Notes: generated from the letters alone by a model not told the origin. DNA of 32,000 bases from Myxococcales bacterium (GCA_025359105.1 JANYHK010000041.1:127821-159820), one strand, 5' to 3'. Positions 15,053-27,270 are shown, numbered from the stretch's first letter. Numbers and translations: made by a program.

Positions 15053-16467
15053 GGGGCCGCGCGCGAGAGACGCTCTTCGTGGTCCTCGCCGCGCTGGGCG
15101 CGCGCCTCGCGTGGGTGGCGTGGGCGGGCCGCACGTTCCCCGCCGCGGCCGACGGCGTCTACTACGACACGCTGGCGCAGCGTCTCGCGCACGGTGACGG
15201 CTACACGTGGGCGTGGCCCGACGGCTCCGTGACGTACGCGGCGCACTACCCGGTCGGCTACCCCGCGATCCTCGCCGCCGCGTACGCGGTGCTCGGTGCC
15301 TCGCCGATCGTCGCGGGTCTCGTGAACGCGCTCATCGGCGCGGCCGCGGCGGGCGCGCTACACCGCCTCCTGCTCGCGGCGACAGGGCGAGTCGCGGCGT
15401 ACGTTGGCGCGGTCGTGGTCGCCGTGCACCCCGCGCTCGTGCCGTACACGTCCGCCATCATGACCGAGGGGGTCACCGCGGGGCTCGTCGTGATCGCGGC
15501 CGCGCTGGCGGCAGGCGCGCGGCGCGAGGACGAGGACAGGGAGCGCGGCGGCGGCAGACGACTCGCCTGGCTGGTCTCGGCGGGGCTCGCGCTGGGCGTC
15601 GCGACACTCGTGCGCCCACAGTGCCTCGTCCTCGCCCCTCTCCTCGGAGCGCTCGCGCTCGGGAGCGGCGCCCGCGCGCGTGCCCGCCTCGCTGCGGCCG
15701 CGCTCGTCGCGGCGGTCGCGGTGGGGACGTGCCTGCCGTGGACCGCGCGCAACTGTGCGCGGATGGATCGGTGCGCGCTCGTGAGCGTCAACGGAGGCTG
15801 GAACCTGCTCATCGGCGCGCAGACCACGAGCGGCGCGTGGGCCGAGGTCGACGTGCCGCCCGAGTGCCGCACCGTGTGGGACGAGGCCGGCAAGGACCGC
15901 TGCTTCGAGCGCGCCGGGCTTGCCGTGATCGCACGGGCGCCGGGCGTGTGGCTCGCCGCGGCGCCGAAGAAGCTGGCTGTGACCTTCGACTACTTCGGCG
16001 CCGCGCCGTTCTACCTGCACGCGTCGAACGGCGCCGTGTTCCGCGACGTCGACAAGCTCGCCCTCGGCGTCGTCGAGACGCTGGCCGTGCGGCTTCTCCT
16101 CCTGGGCGCGCTCGCCGCGATGGCACGCATCGACGGACCACGGGCCCGGACGCGCGCCTGGCTCGCGGCGATCGCCGCCGTGTTCACGTTCGTCCAGCAT
16201 GCGTGGCCTGCGTACCTCGCGCTCACGGTCCTCGTGGCGCTCCTCGGGCGGCGCCGCGTCGCCGAGCTGCCGCTCATCGTCCCGTGGGCGGCCGTCGTCG
16301 TCGCCGCGACGGCGCTGGCGCACGCCGCGTTCTTCGGCGCGGGGCGCTACGGGCTCGTCACCGTTCCGCTCGTCACCGCGCTCGCCTTCGTCCGCCCGCG
16401 ATCACCCCCCCCGACGCGGGAGGCCGAGCCCGCCCGTCGCCAGGGCGTCGTCCACGAGCTCCAATAG
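15049..16467 (+). CDS. Polytopic membrane glycosyltransferase, family 39 / ArnT-PMT_2-like
   Basis: N-terminal pattern LAALGARLAWVAWAG…AADGVYYDTLAQRLAHGDGYTW…YPVGYPAILAAAY, followed by about 10 hydrophobic segments. This is typical of dolichyl/undecaprenyl-phosphate-sugar dependent GT-C enzymes. The call rests on architecture rather than on a strict motif. Confidence 0.6.
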   Translation: MRGRARETLFVVLAALGARLAWVAWAGRTFPAAADGVYYDTLAQRLAHGDGYTWAWPDGSVTYAAHYPVGYPAILAAAYAVLGASPIVAGLVNALIGAAAAGALHRLLLAATGRVAAYVGAVVVAVHPALVPYTSAIMTEGVTAGLVVIAAALAAGARREDEDRERGGGRRLAWLVSAGLALGVATLVRPQCLVLAPLLGALALGSGARARARLAAAALVAAVAVGTCLPWTARNCARMDRCALVSVNGGWNLLIGAQTTSGAWAEVDVPPECRTVWDEAGKDRCFERAGLAVIARAPGVWLAAAPKKLAVTFDYFGAAPFYLHASNGAVFRDVDKLALGVVETLAVRLLLLGALAAMARIDGPRARTRAWLAAIAAVFTFVQHAWPAYLALTVLVALLGRRRVAELPLIVPWAAVVVAATALAHAAFFGAGRYGLVTVPLVTALAFVRPRSPPPTREAEPARRQGVVHELQ

Positions 16468-17355
16468 CCAGCCTTCTTCTTCGTGCCGTCGCGCCTCCTT
16501 GAGCTTCGCGAGCGACGGCACCGACGCGCTGCGGGCCAGCGCCTTGTACTGGTAGAAGCGGACGATCGGCTCCTCGTCCGGCGCCGGATCGCCGCCGAAC
16601 CACCGCTGGCCTGGCCCCATCGCCATCGCGACGGCGTTCCAGGCCGCGGCGCGCACCGCGGGGTCGAGATCACGCAAGCTCGGGACGACGAGGCCGACAC
16701 GGTCCGGCGCTTCGGAGAGGGCTGCGCCACCGAAGAGCGTGTCGTCGACGCCGCCCGACGTCGCGCGCGCCGCTTCGTCTTTGAACACGCGCGCGCTCGG
16801 TGCGCCGCCGAGCCCCAGCACGCGTACCGCGAGATCGCTCGCGAGCTCGCGTGACACGTCGCTGAGCGCGCGATCGGCGAGCTGTTGAACGAGCCCGGTC
16901 TCGCCGGCGAGCGGCGTCGTCGACGTCGCCATCGAGCGCCCCCGCAGCGCCCCACGCCACTCCATCGCTCCGCCCGCGAGCCTCTCCACGGCACACCCCA
17001 GGTCGACGTACAGGGTCGCGATCGCCGCGCTGCCGACCATGCCCACCCGCGTCCGCAGCGCGAAGCGGTCGAGTGTGCACTTGACCCGGTAGCCGTCGGA
17101 CGCGCCGCCGGTGAGCGCGCGGGCAGAGAGCTCCTCCTTGATGGCGGTCGTCAGCACCTCCGCGGGCGCCGGGTGCCCGAGCGCCACGGTCGAGTCGGCG
17201 GCCGCGTCTGGCCGGGCCACGATGGGCTCCACGTCGACGCGTGCCGGCGCCTCGCGGGCATCGCTGCGGGCGCATCGGGGCGCGTGAAGCGTCACGGCCG
17301 CGGCCCCGCATCCCCAGGACGCGAGCGCGAGCACGACGACGAGCGGTCGATGCAT
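16402..17355 (-). CDS. Putative lipoprotein of unknown function
   Basis: ATG at 17355 gives MHRPLVVVLALASWGC…, a signal peptide with an imperfect lipobox. The composition is protein-like and includes a HEAT-like DPAVRAAAWNAVAMA segment. The track ORF 16402..17691 runs upstream into rnpB and is an artefact there. The 3' end overlaps the convergent glycosyltransferase gene by 66 nt, so the exact C-terminus is uncertain. Confidence 0.5.
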   Translation of the reverse strand: MHRPLVVVLALASWGCGAAAVTLHAPRCARSDAREAPARVDVEPIVARPDAAADSTVALGHPAPAEVLTTAIKEELSARALTGGASDGYRVKCTLDRFALRTRVGMVGSAAIATLYVDLGCAVERLAGGAMEWRGALRGRSMATSTTPLAGETGLVQQLADRALSDVSRELASDLAVRVLGLGGAPSARVFKDEAARATSGGVDDTLFGGAALSEAPDRVGLVVPSLRDLDPAVRAAAWNAVAMAMGPGQRWFGGDPAPDEEPIVRFYQYKALARSASVPSLAKLKEARRHEEEGWLLELVDDALATGGLGLPRRGG

Positions 17356-17434
17356 CCTGATGAATTGTGCTCCTGTTCGCGCCCCGAGTCGAAGGGGCAC
17401 TTGCATCAGGAGGCGCCGATGCCCAAACTGGGCC

Positions 17435-17857
17435 GGTCGATGCCGCTCAGGTGATCGCTGGCAAGGGCGCGCAAGCGCCGGCGCGAGAGGAAAGTCCGAG
17501 CTCCACAGAGTGCGATGCCGGGTAACGCCCGGTGGCGGAAACGCCGAGGAGAGTGCAACAGAGAAGAGACCGCCTCCCCCGGCGAGCGAAAGCGGACCGC
17601 GGGCGGTAAGGGTGAAACGGTGGGGTAAGAGCCCACCGCACGGGCGGCAACGTCCGTGGCTAGGTAAACCCCATCGGGAGCAAGGCCGCATAGGCAGGTG
17701 CCCGCGGGCCGCAAGGCCTTCGGAAAGGGTGACTCGCCCGAGCCTGCGGGTTGGCTGCTCGAGGCGCGCGGTAACGCGCGCCCTAGAGGAATGATCGCCA
17801 CCGCCGGCGAGGAGACGAGCCGGCGGAACAGAACTCGGCTTACGAACGACGTCGACC
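17435..17857 (+). ncRNA. rnpB: RNase P RNA, bacterial type A
   Basis: Universal P4 strands are present: GAGGAAAGTCCGAGCTCC (17477..) and ACAGAACTCGGCTTA (17828..). Also present are GGTAACGCC, AGTGCAACAGAGAAG, GGTAAGGGTGAAA, GGTAAGAGCCCACC and GGTAAACCCCA blocks. The ends GGTCGA…TCGACC pair as P1. Boundaries are accurate to within a few nt. Confidence 0.93.
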
Positions 17858-17860
17858 CGA

Positions 17861-17895
17861 GCGCCCGCGCCTAAAAACGCGGGCGTCCGGCTTTT
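17861..17895. terminator. Hairpin between convergent rnpB and metH; candidate intrinsic (possibly bidirectional) terminator
   Basis: Perfect 8-bp GC stem CGCCCGCG (17862-17869) / CGCGGGCG (17878-17885) with loop CCTAAAAA. It is followed on the plus strand by TCCGGCTTTTG. On the minus strand the loop supplies the T-run and no T-tract follows the stem. Confidence 0.5.
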
Positions 17896-17905
17896 GTGGG
17901 CTGTC

Positions 17906-21576
<3,671 letters not shown>

Positions 21577-21580
<4 letters not shown>

Positions 21581-22524
21581 GGTCGGCTTCCTTCGGGCAA
21601 GTGTGCGAACGCGGTCGTGATCTCGAAGTTGGGGGCGCGCTTCTCGCGGCTGGTGACGTCGCAGTGATCGACGACGAAGCCCGCCCGTTTTAGCTGCGAT
21701 CTGAGCGTGGCGGGCGAAATCCCTGGCTGCACGTCGCCGTAGGGTGCGGTGACGTGCGGGTGCACGTGGGCGGCGAGGGCGCTGACGACGACGAGCCCGC
21801 CCGGCCTCAGCACCCGCGCCGCCTCGGCGAGGACCTTCGCCGGCTCGGCGACCTGGGGCAGCACGTTGAAGAGGAGCACCTCGTCGAACGCGCGCGCGGG
21901 GAAGGGGAGGGCCTGGACGTCGCCGATCTCGAAGCGGACGTTCTTGGCCTTGGCGAGGCGAGCTCGGGCGGCGCCGATCATCCGCTCGCTGCGGTCGAGG
22001 CACGTGACGGAGCGGGCGCGCGGCGCGATCATCTGCGCGACGGTGCCGTCGCCGCTGCCGGCGTCGAGGACCTCGCCCAGGCGGAGGAGCCCGAGGAGGC
22101 CGCGCGCCATCGCCTCCCAGGTCCGGCCCGGCGAATAGTGGCGTTCCATCTCGCCCGCGACGGCGTCGGGCCACGCCGAGGACGCGCGCCGCGTCGCCAG
22201 CACCTTCTCACAGCGCGCCTTGTCGGCGTCGAGGACTCCGTCGGCGAGGTCCGCGGTCACCGCGCTCCAGAGGCGCCCGGCGCCCGGCGGCATCGCGGCG
22301 TCGTTGAGGGCGTAGAACGTGGACGCGCCGGCCCTGCGATCGCGGAGCACGCCGGCCTCGCGCAGGCGACCGAGGTGGGTCGAGACGCTGGACTGACCGA
22401 CGTCGGTGATCGTGACGAGCTCGGCGACGGTGAGCTCCTCGCGCGCGAGCAGCGCGATCAGGCGTACGCGCGTCGGCTCCCCGAGGAGCTGCAACGTGGT
22501 CACGGTCGCCGAGAGGCTCGCCAT
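21577..22524 (-). CDS. ArsR-family winged-HTH regulator fused to a SAM-dependent-methyltransferase-fold domain (SahR-like)
   Basis: N-terminus [50 protein letters not shown] is an ArsR/SmtB HTH. The C-terminal domain carries MTase motif I ([11 protein letters not shown]) and post-I elements (LRPGGLVVV). The stop overlaps the metH start as ATGA (21577-21580). Confidence 0.8.
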
Positions 22525-22528
22525 GTCA

Positions 22529-22550
22529 TCGGTCTATCGCGATAGACCGA
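22529..22550. promoter_or_regulatory. Perfect 22-bp palindrome; candidate operator for the ArsR/SahR-like regulator
   Basis: TCGGTCTATCGCGATAGACCGA equals its own reverse complement. It lies 5-26 nt upstream of the regulator ATG (22524), in the 36-nt gap after the sigma-factor stop codon. It overlaps a possible minus-strand TTGACG-17nt-TAGACC promoter. Confidence 0.5.
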
Positions 22551-22560
22551 TATCGTCAAC

Positions 22561-23472
22561 TCAGGCGGCCTGCCTCGCGAGCGGGGTCTCCTGGGAAGCC
22601 AGCGGCCCCTCGGCCTCCTCAGCGGTCGCCGCCGGCCCGAAATCCTCGGTCAGGAGGCGCTGCAGCTTCGACTTCGCGCGGGCCTCGAGCTGCCGCGCGC
22701 GCTCCCGCGAGACGCCCAGCTTTCGGCCGAGCTCGGCCAGGCTGAGCTCTTCCGGGCCATCGGCCATCATGCGCAGCTCGATGATGACCCGTTCGCGTGG
22801 ATCGAGCTCGGCGATGGCAGCCTGGACCCGGACCCGCGCGCGCTCCGCGTGCTCGTGCTCTGCGAGCTCGTCTTCCTGTGAGGGACGGGGCGACGCGAAC
22901 GAGTCGAGCAACGTGCCGGTCCCGTCGTCGTGCGTCTTGACGTCGACCGAGACGTCGCGCGACTCGAGGCGCACGGCCATGAGCTCGATTTTCTCCGGGG
23001 TGGTCCCGAAGCGGGCGGCGAGGATGCGCGACGCCTCCTGCGTGTCGCTCGTCTCCGCGGCGATCTTGGCGCGCTCGCGGCGCAGCCGGAAAAATACCTT
23101 CGAACGCATCGGCCCGGAGCCCAGCCCGACGAGGCTGTGGTTCTTGATGACGTGGTCCAGGATCATGGCGCGGATCCAGTGCGCGGCGTAGGTGACGAAG
23201 CGCGTGCCGCGCGACGGATCGAACTTCGACAGCGCGACCATCAGGCCGACGTTGCCCTCCGACACGAGATCGCCCACCCGCACCCCGTACCGGCGGTAGC
23301 TGAGGGCGATCGCGATGACGTACCGTAGATTGGCCCGCGCCAGGGCCGTCGCGGCGGCGGGATCGGTCTTGGCGCGGAGGGCGAGCTCATGCTCGTCCTC
23401 CCGCGAAAGCACGGGAATCTTGCTGACTTCCGCCAGGTACTGCCCCACCGAGTCGCGCTCGTCGCTCTTCAT
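22561..23472 (-). CDS. RpoH-like (sigma-32 family) alternative RNA polymerase sigma factor
   Basis: Region 2: NLRYVIAIALSYRRYG…DLVSEGNVGLMVALSKFDP…RFVTYAAHWIRAMI. An RpoH-box-like segment follows: MRSKVFFRLRRER. Region 4 HTH: LSLAELGRKLGVSRERARQLEARAKSKL. 303 aa. Confidence 0.85.
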   Translation of the reverse strand: MKSDERDSVGQYLAEVSKIPVLSREDEHELALRAKTDPAAATALARANLRYVIAIALSYRRYGVRVGDLVSEGNVGLMVALSKFDPSRGTRFVTYAAHWIRAMILDHVIKNHSLVGLGSGPMRSKVFFRLRRERAKIAAETSDTQEASRILAARFGTTPEKIELMAVRLESRDVSVDVKTHDDGTGTLLDSFASPRPSQEDELAEHEHAERARVRVQAAIAELDPRERVIIELRMMADGPEELSLAELGRKLGVSRERARQLEARAKSKLQRLLTEDFGPAATAEEAEGPLASQETPLARQAA

Positions 23473-23561
23473 CGTAGGCTCCGTAGAACCTCCGATGCCG
23501 GAGCGGGTCTCGCGGTGTCAGCGGCCCACGCGAGTCAGCTCGCCGTGAGCCGGCGGCAGAA

Positions 23562-23885
23562 TCAGAAGCTTACGGACGAGCCGCAGCCGCAGCTGCCTTT
23601 GACGTTCGGGTTGTTGAACTTGAAACCCGAGCCGTGCGCGCCCTCGACGTAGTCGATCTCGGTCGCCTCGAGGTACTGATGGCTGAGCGGATCCACGTAG
23701 AGCTTCACGCCGTTGGACTCGTACTGCTCGTCCATGTCGTCGATTTTGTCTTCGAAGTACAGGTCGTACGAAAAACCTGCGCACCCGCCGCCGATGACGC
23801 GGAGGCGAAGGCCTTGGCCCTCCAGGCTCTCCGACTCGGAGATCTCGCGAACCTTGGTGGCGGCTTTTTCGGTGATCGTGATCAT
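23562..23885 (-). CDS. A-type Fe-S cluster carrier/insertion protein (IscA/ErpA/HesB family)
   Basis: ATG at 23885 gives a 107-aa protein: MITITEKAATKV…LRLRVIGGGCAGFSYDL…FKFNNPNVKGSCGCGSSVSF. It has the three family Cys residues (C-x-n-C-G-C). The track ORF start at 23954 is an upstream extension. Confidence 0.9.
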   Translation of the reverse strand: MITITEKAATKVREISESESLEGQGLRLRVIGGGCAGFSYDLYFEDKIDDMDEQYESNGVKLYVDPLSHQYLEATEIDYVEGAHGSGFKFNNPNVKGSCGCGSSVSF

Positions 23886-23988
23886 GGCTTCTTCCCGGAC
23901 TATAAGGCCGCCGCTCAGGAATCGCCAGCGGTCTCGCCCGGTCTCGCCGATCACGGCGCTCGTCAGGGCCGTCGGGTGGGTCGGTGAT

Positions 23989-25284
23989 CTAGTCGCCCGC
24001 GCGGGCGGAGGTGACCTTCAGGACCACACCGGTCTCGCAAGCGACGACGAACGCGTTCGGGCCCGCCGGGGCCATTCCGGCATAGGCGGCGGTCGCCGGG
24101 GGAGGGGTGGGGGTGCGGGTTCCGAGGCCCGCGGCGCGCAGGCAGACGGGCTCGCCGACGAGCTCCAGCGCGCCGTCCTTGGTGAGGACGCCGATGCGCC
24201 CCTCCGGTGTGGCGAATGCCAGCGTCCCGGCGGCGTCGACGAGGGGGCCGGTGTGCGGGGGGACGTAGAGCGGCCCGGTTCCGCCGTCGGCGACCGCGGG
24301 GATCGACGTCGTGACGAGGGCGACGCGGGAGGTCTCCTGGCCGCTGCCGTCGATCGCGAGCGCGAAGGTGCGTCCCGGTACGCCGGCGAGGAAGTACGCG
24401 GTATCGCGGCGGAAGGCCGGCGGGCCGAACAGGACGCCCGGAGAGCCCCAACGCGCCGCCGTCACCCCTCGGTCCAGGTCCAGCTCGACGAGCTGCTGCC
24501 CGCCGACGATCGCGACGAGGGTGTGGTCCCCCGTGAGGACCCCGCCGCCGTCGACGGCGCCCCCGAAGCTCCCGACGCGCACGGCCTCGCGGCCCGGCGT
24601 CCAGAGGAAGACGCGGCCGGTCACCGTAATCGCCACGATCTTGCCGGGCGCGGCGACGAGCGGGGCGCTGACGGGCTCGTCGAGCGACGCGCGCGCGCGG
24701 ACGTGCCCTTCGGCGTCCAGCGTCGCGAGCTCGGTCCCGCACGCGACGGCGACGCCGCCGTCCTCGAGCGCGAGCGCGCCGGAGCGCTCGGTGACGAGGA
24801 GCCCAGAGCCGACGCGCGTACGGAAGCGCAGCGCGCCGTCCCGCGAGCCGAGCACGTCGCCGGCAGCCGTGACGAAGACGACGGTGCGATCGGACAGGAT
24901 GGCCATCGCGCCGAGCGGCGCCGCGCCGAGCACGCCGCCGTGCGGGCGCTCGAGGCCGTCGTCCGGATCGAGCGCGATCACATCGCCGCGGCCGGTCCCG
25001 AGCAGGATGTCCCCGCGCGCGTCGACGAGGGGAGGGCCTTCGAGGCTCGCGCCCGCCGTGCGCTGCCAGGCCACGCGGAGCGAGCCCGTCGGAAGTGGTC
25101 CTCGGGCCAGGCCGGTGCGCCGTCCGTCGACGCGCGCCGTCGGCGAGGTTCCCCGCGACGGTCCCACGGTCAGGGTGGTCGGGCGCTTCGGATCGACGCG
25201 CTGCGCCTGCACCACCGTGCCCGCGAGCCCGAGCCCGAGCAGGAGCGTGAGACCGCGTACGCGGGCGACCGTGAACGCCCTCAA
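23989..25284 (-). CDS. Secreted beta-propeller protein (PQQ-like/BamB-like repeats)
   Basis: Signal peptide (…GLTLLLGLGLAGTVVQAQ). About seven recurring blade-like segments: RGDVIALDPDDG, AAGDVLGSRDGALRF, ELATLDAEGHVR, TGRVFLWTPG, QQLVELDLDRG, FALAIDGSGQE, EGRIGVLTKDGAL. The start is a TTG overlapping the upstream stop (TTGA, 25281-25284); an internal GTG (Val6) is an alternative. Confidence 0.6.
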   Translation of the reverse strand: MRAFTVARVRGLTLLLGLGLAGTVVQAQRVDPKRPTTLTVGPSRGTSPTARVDGRRTGLARGPLPTGSLRVAWQRTAGASLEGPPLVDARGDILLGTGRGDVIALDPDDGLERPHGGVLGAAPLGAMAILSDRTVVFVTAAGDVLGSRDGALRFRTRVGSGLLVTERSGALALEDGGVAVACGTELATLDAEGHVRARASLDEPVSAPLVAAPGKIVAITVTGRVFLWTPGREAVRVGSFGGAVDGGGVLTGDHTLVAIVGGQQLVELDLDRGVTAARWGSPGVLFGPPAFRRDTAYFLAGVPGRTFALAIDGSGQETSRVALVTTSIPAVADGGTGPLYVPPHTGPLVDAAGTLAFATPEGRIGVLTKDGALELVGEPVCLRAAGLGTRTPTPPPATAAYAGMAPAGPNAFVVACETGVVLKVTSARAGD

Positions 25285-27203
25285 TGGCCGCGCGGCTTCG
25301 CGAGGAAGTCCGCCTCGATCTCCGGCACGCTTCGCCCGTTCTGCGCGGGGACGGCGCGTGTCACGCGCCCGAAGACGCGCACTTGGTCGCCCTTCTTCCG
25401 CTTGTCCTCTCCGCCGAAGAGGACGCGGGCGAGGCAGGCGTTGGGGTCGGCCTTACCCGCGCAGCCGCGGTGATCGGTCACGACGAGGATCGTCTGGTGG
25501 CCAGCGACCCGCGTGTCCACGATCTCGCCTTCGACGACGATGGGCTTGCCTGCGCTGCCCGCGATGTCGTCCTTCACGGTGTCGTAGGCGGCGAGGGGCA
25601 GCGTCTCGGCGGCCTTCGCCTCGGCCTCTAGGCTGTCGACGTGCCGGACCACGGCGTGCACCGTGCGCGGCGCGAGCTGCGGCAGGCTGGCCTCGACGTC
25701 GACCGCCAGCTGGGCGGACGCGCCGATCGGCAGCGTCTTGCTGAACGTGCCCGACGCGTCGAGCGCGACGGCTTCGCCGTTCACCTTCACGCTGGCGCCG
25801 GCGCTCGTCTGCCCGGCGACGACGATCGACCTCTGGTCGGTCACGGCGTGCGACGTCGGTGCGTCGAGCTGCAGCGGCACGATGCCCACGGCGGCGGGGA
25901 GCGTCCCCTTCGACGGGGGCTCCCCCTTGTGCGTCACGACGTACGGGATCTGCTTGTCGACGCGTCGGGTCTCGCTCGCCGGGCCCGTAGTCTCTGCCGA
26001 CACGTCGATGGTCACCTGGGCGCGTCCCTCGCCGTCGAGGGTCACCGGCTTGCCGTTCACCTCGACCTCGGAGGACCGGAGCGCCTCGACCCGGATCGTG
26101 ATGAGCGGCGGCTTCGCGTTCACGGTCGACACGTCGGCGCGGATGCGGAAGGAGACCGGCACCACGATCTTCACCGTCTCGTTGCGCCCCATCCCTGGCC
26201 GCACGACCTGAAGGGTGAACGGGTTGTCACCGATCACGAGCGGCGCCGCGAGGACGAGGTCGCCCTGGTGGTCCTTGAGCTCCGTCTTGCTCCCCGCGAG
26301 CTCTACGCGCGTCCCGTCGGCGCAGGCGTCGCAGACGAGGTGGAGCGTCTCGTGCCCCTGCGCGTCCAGGGTCGGCCGCGCGACGATGGGAGGCGCGCCC
26401 TTCCAGAGGAGCGCCACCGCGATGCCGGCGATGAGGAGCACGCCAGCGAGACCGGCGGCGACGACCGACATCGGAACGCCGCTGCGGGCCGCGCGGAGAG
26501 GAGCAGGGATCTGGGGCTCGTCGTCGTAGAGCGGCGCCGGCGCGGGCACGATGGGATCGAGGGGCACGGGCGCCCCGAGGACGCGCGGCTTCGGTTGCGA
26601 TGCCCGGCCCGGCTGTGGCGCGCCATGGGTCGGTGCGATGCCGGGCATCGCGACGCCGAGCATCGTGCCGCCGACGCCGGGACGCGGTTGTGCGGGGGCC
26701 TGTCCCGCCGCCGTCGGCGCGATGCCGGGGATGGCGACGCCGAGCATCGTGCCCGCGATCGCTGCGCGCTGGGCGGGCGCGGGCGCTGCCGCCGGAGGTC
26801 CTGCAGGGCCGGGCGGCGCGGCGATTCCGAGCATCGTCTGCCCGACGCCCGCGCGGGAGGGCGGAGCCGGAGCGGGCGCCTGGGCGCGCGGCTCGGGCAC
26901 TGCCGCGACGGGCGGCGCGACGCCTGGCTGCGCTGTGACGCCGGGCTGCGCCCCCAGCATCCCCGGATCGAACGCCGAGAAGCCGACCATCGTCTGCTTG
27001 ATCTTCGCGCTCTCCGCCGGTTGATGCGCGGGAACGTCGGGCACCGTCGCCTCGGGGCGCAGCGCCCGTACGCTCGCCGGCGCCGCGAACTCCATCAGCG
27101 TCTTCATCGACGTGTCCTCGATCACGGCACCGCACTTGCCGCAAAACTTCGCCTGATCGGCGAGCGGCGTCGTGCACTTCGGGCAGGCGGTCGGGAGGGC
27201 CAT
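25281..27203 (-). CDS. Bitopic membrane protein: cytoplasmic zinc-ribbon, Pro/Ala-rich region with repeated TM(L/V)G motifs, TM helix, extracytoplasmic Ig-like beta domains, small C-terminal beta-barrel-like domain
   Basis: ATG at 27203 gives MALPTACPKCTTPLADQAKFCGKCGAVI (CxxC…CxxC). There are four TM(L/V)G motifs. One TM helix is present (VVAAGLAGVLLIAGIAVALLW). It is followed by ~380 aa of beta-rich sequence (…VEVNGKPVTLDGEGRAQVTIDV…VKVNGEAVALDASGTFSKTL…). The track ORF 25281..27473 is an upstream extension. Confidence 0.7.
   Translation of the reverse strand: MALPTACPKCTTPLADQAKFCGKCGAVIEDTSMKTLMEFAAPASVRALRPEATVPDVPAHQPAESAKIKQTMVGFSAFDPGMLGAQPGVTAQPGVAPPVAAVPEPRAQAPAPAPPSRAGVGQTMLGIAAPPGPAGPPAAAPAPAQRAAIAGTMLGVAIPGIAPTAAGQAPAQPRPGVGGTMLGVAMPGIAPTHGAPQPGRASQPKPRVLGAPVPLDPIVPAPAPLYDDEPQIPAPLRAARSGVPMSVVAAGLAGVLLIAGIAVALLWKGAPPIVARPTLDAQGHETLHLVCDACADGTRVELAGSKTELKDHQGDLVLAAPLVIGDNPFTLQVVRPGMGRNETVKIVVPVSFRIRADVSTVNAKPPLITIRVEALRSSEVEVNGKPVTLDGEGRAQVTIDVSAETTGPASETRRVDKQIPYVVTHKGEPPSKGTLPAAVGIVPLQLDAPTSHAVTDQRSIVVAGQTSAGASVKVNGEAVALDASGTFSKTLPIGASAQLAVDVEASLPQLAPRTVHAVVRHVDSLEAEAKAAETLPLAAYDTVKDDIAGSAGKPIVVEGEIVDTRVAGHQTILVVTDHRGCAGKADPNACLARVLFGGEDKRKKGDQVRVFGRVTRAVPAQNGRSVPEIEADFLAKPRGH
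26635..26753 (-). repeat. In-frame 84-nt (28-codon) direct repeat inside the zinc-ribbon protein gene
   Basis: The 35-nt cores gcgatgccgggcatcgcgacgccgagcatcgtgcc (26635-26669) and gcgatgccggggatggcgacgccgagcatcgtgcc (26719-26753) match at 33 of 35 positions. They encode GTMLGVAMPGIAP and GTMLGVAIPGIAP. A weaker copy lies near 26821-26850 (GQTMLGIAAP). Confidence 0.8.
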
Positions 27204-27270
27204 GGTGGGCTCGGAGGAAGTGTAGTCGAACTCCGGCGTTTTCGAGCGGCGAAGGCGAGGACCGCACAGT

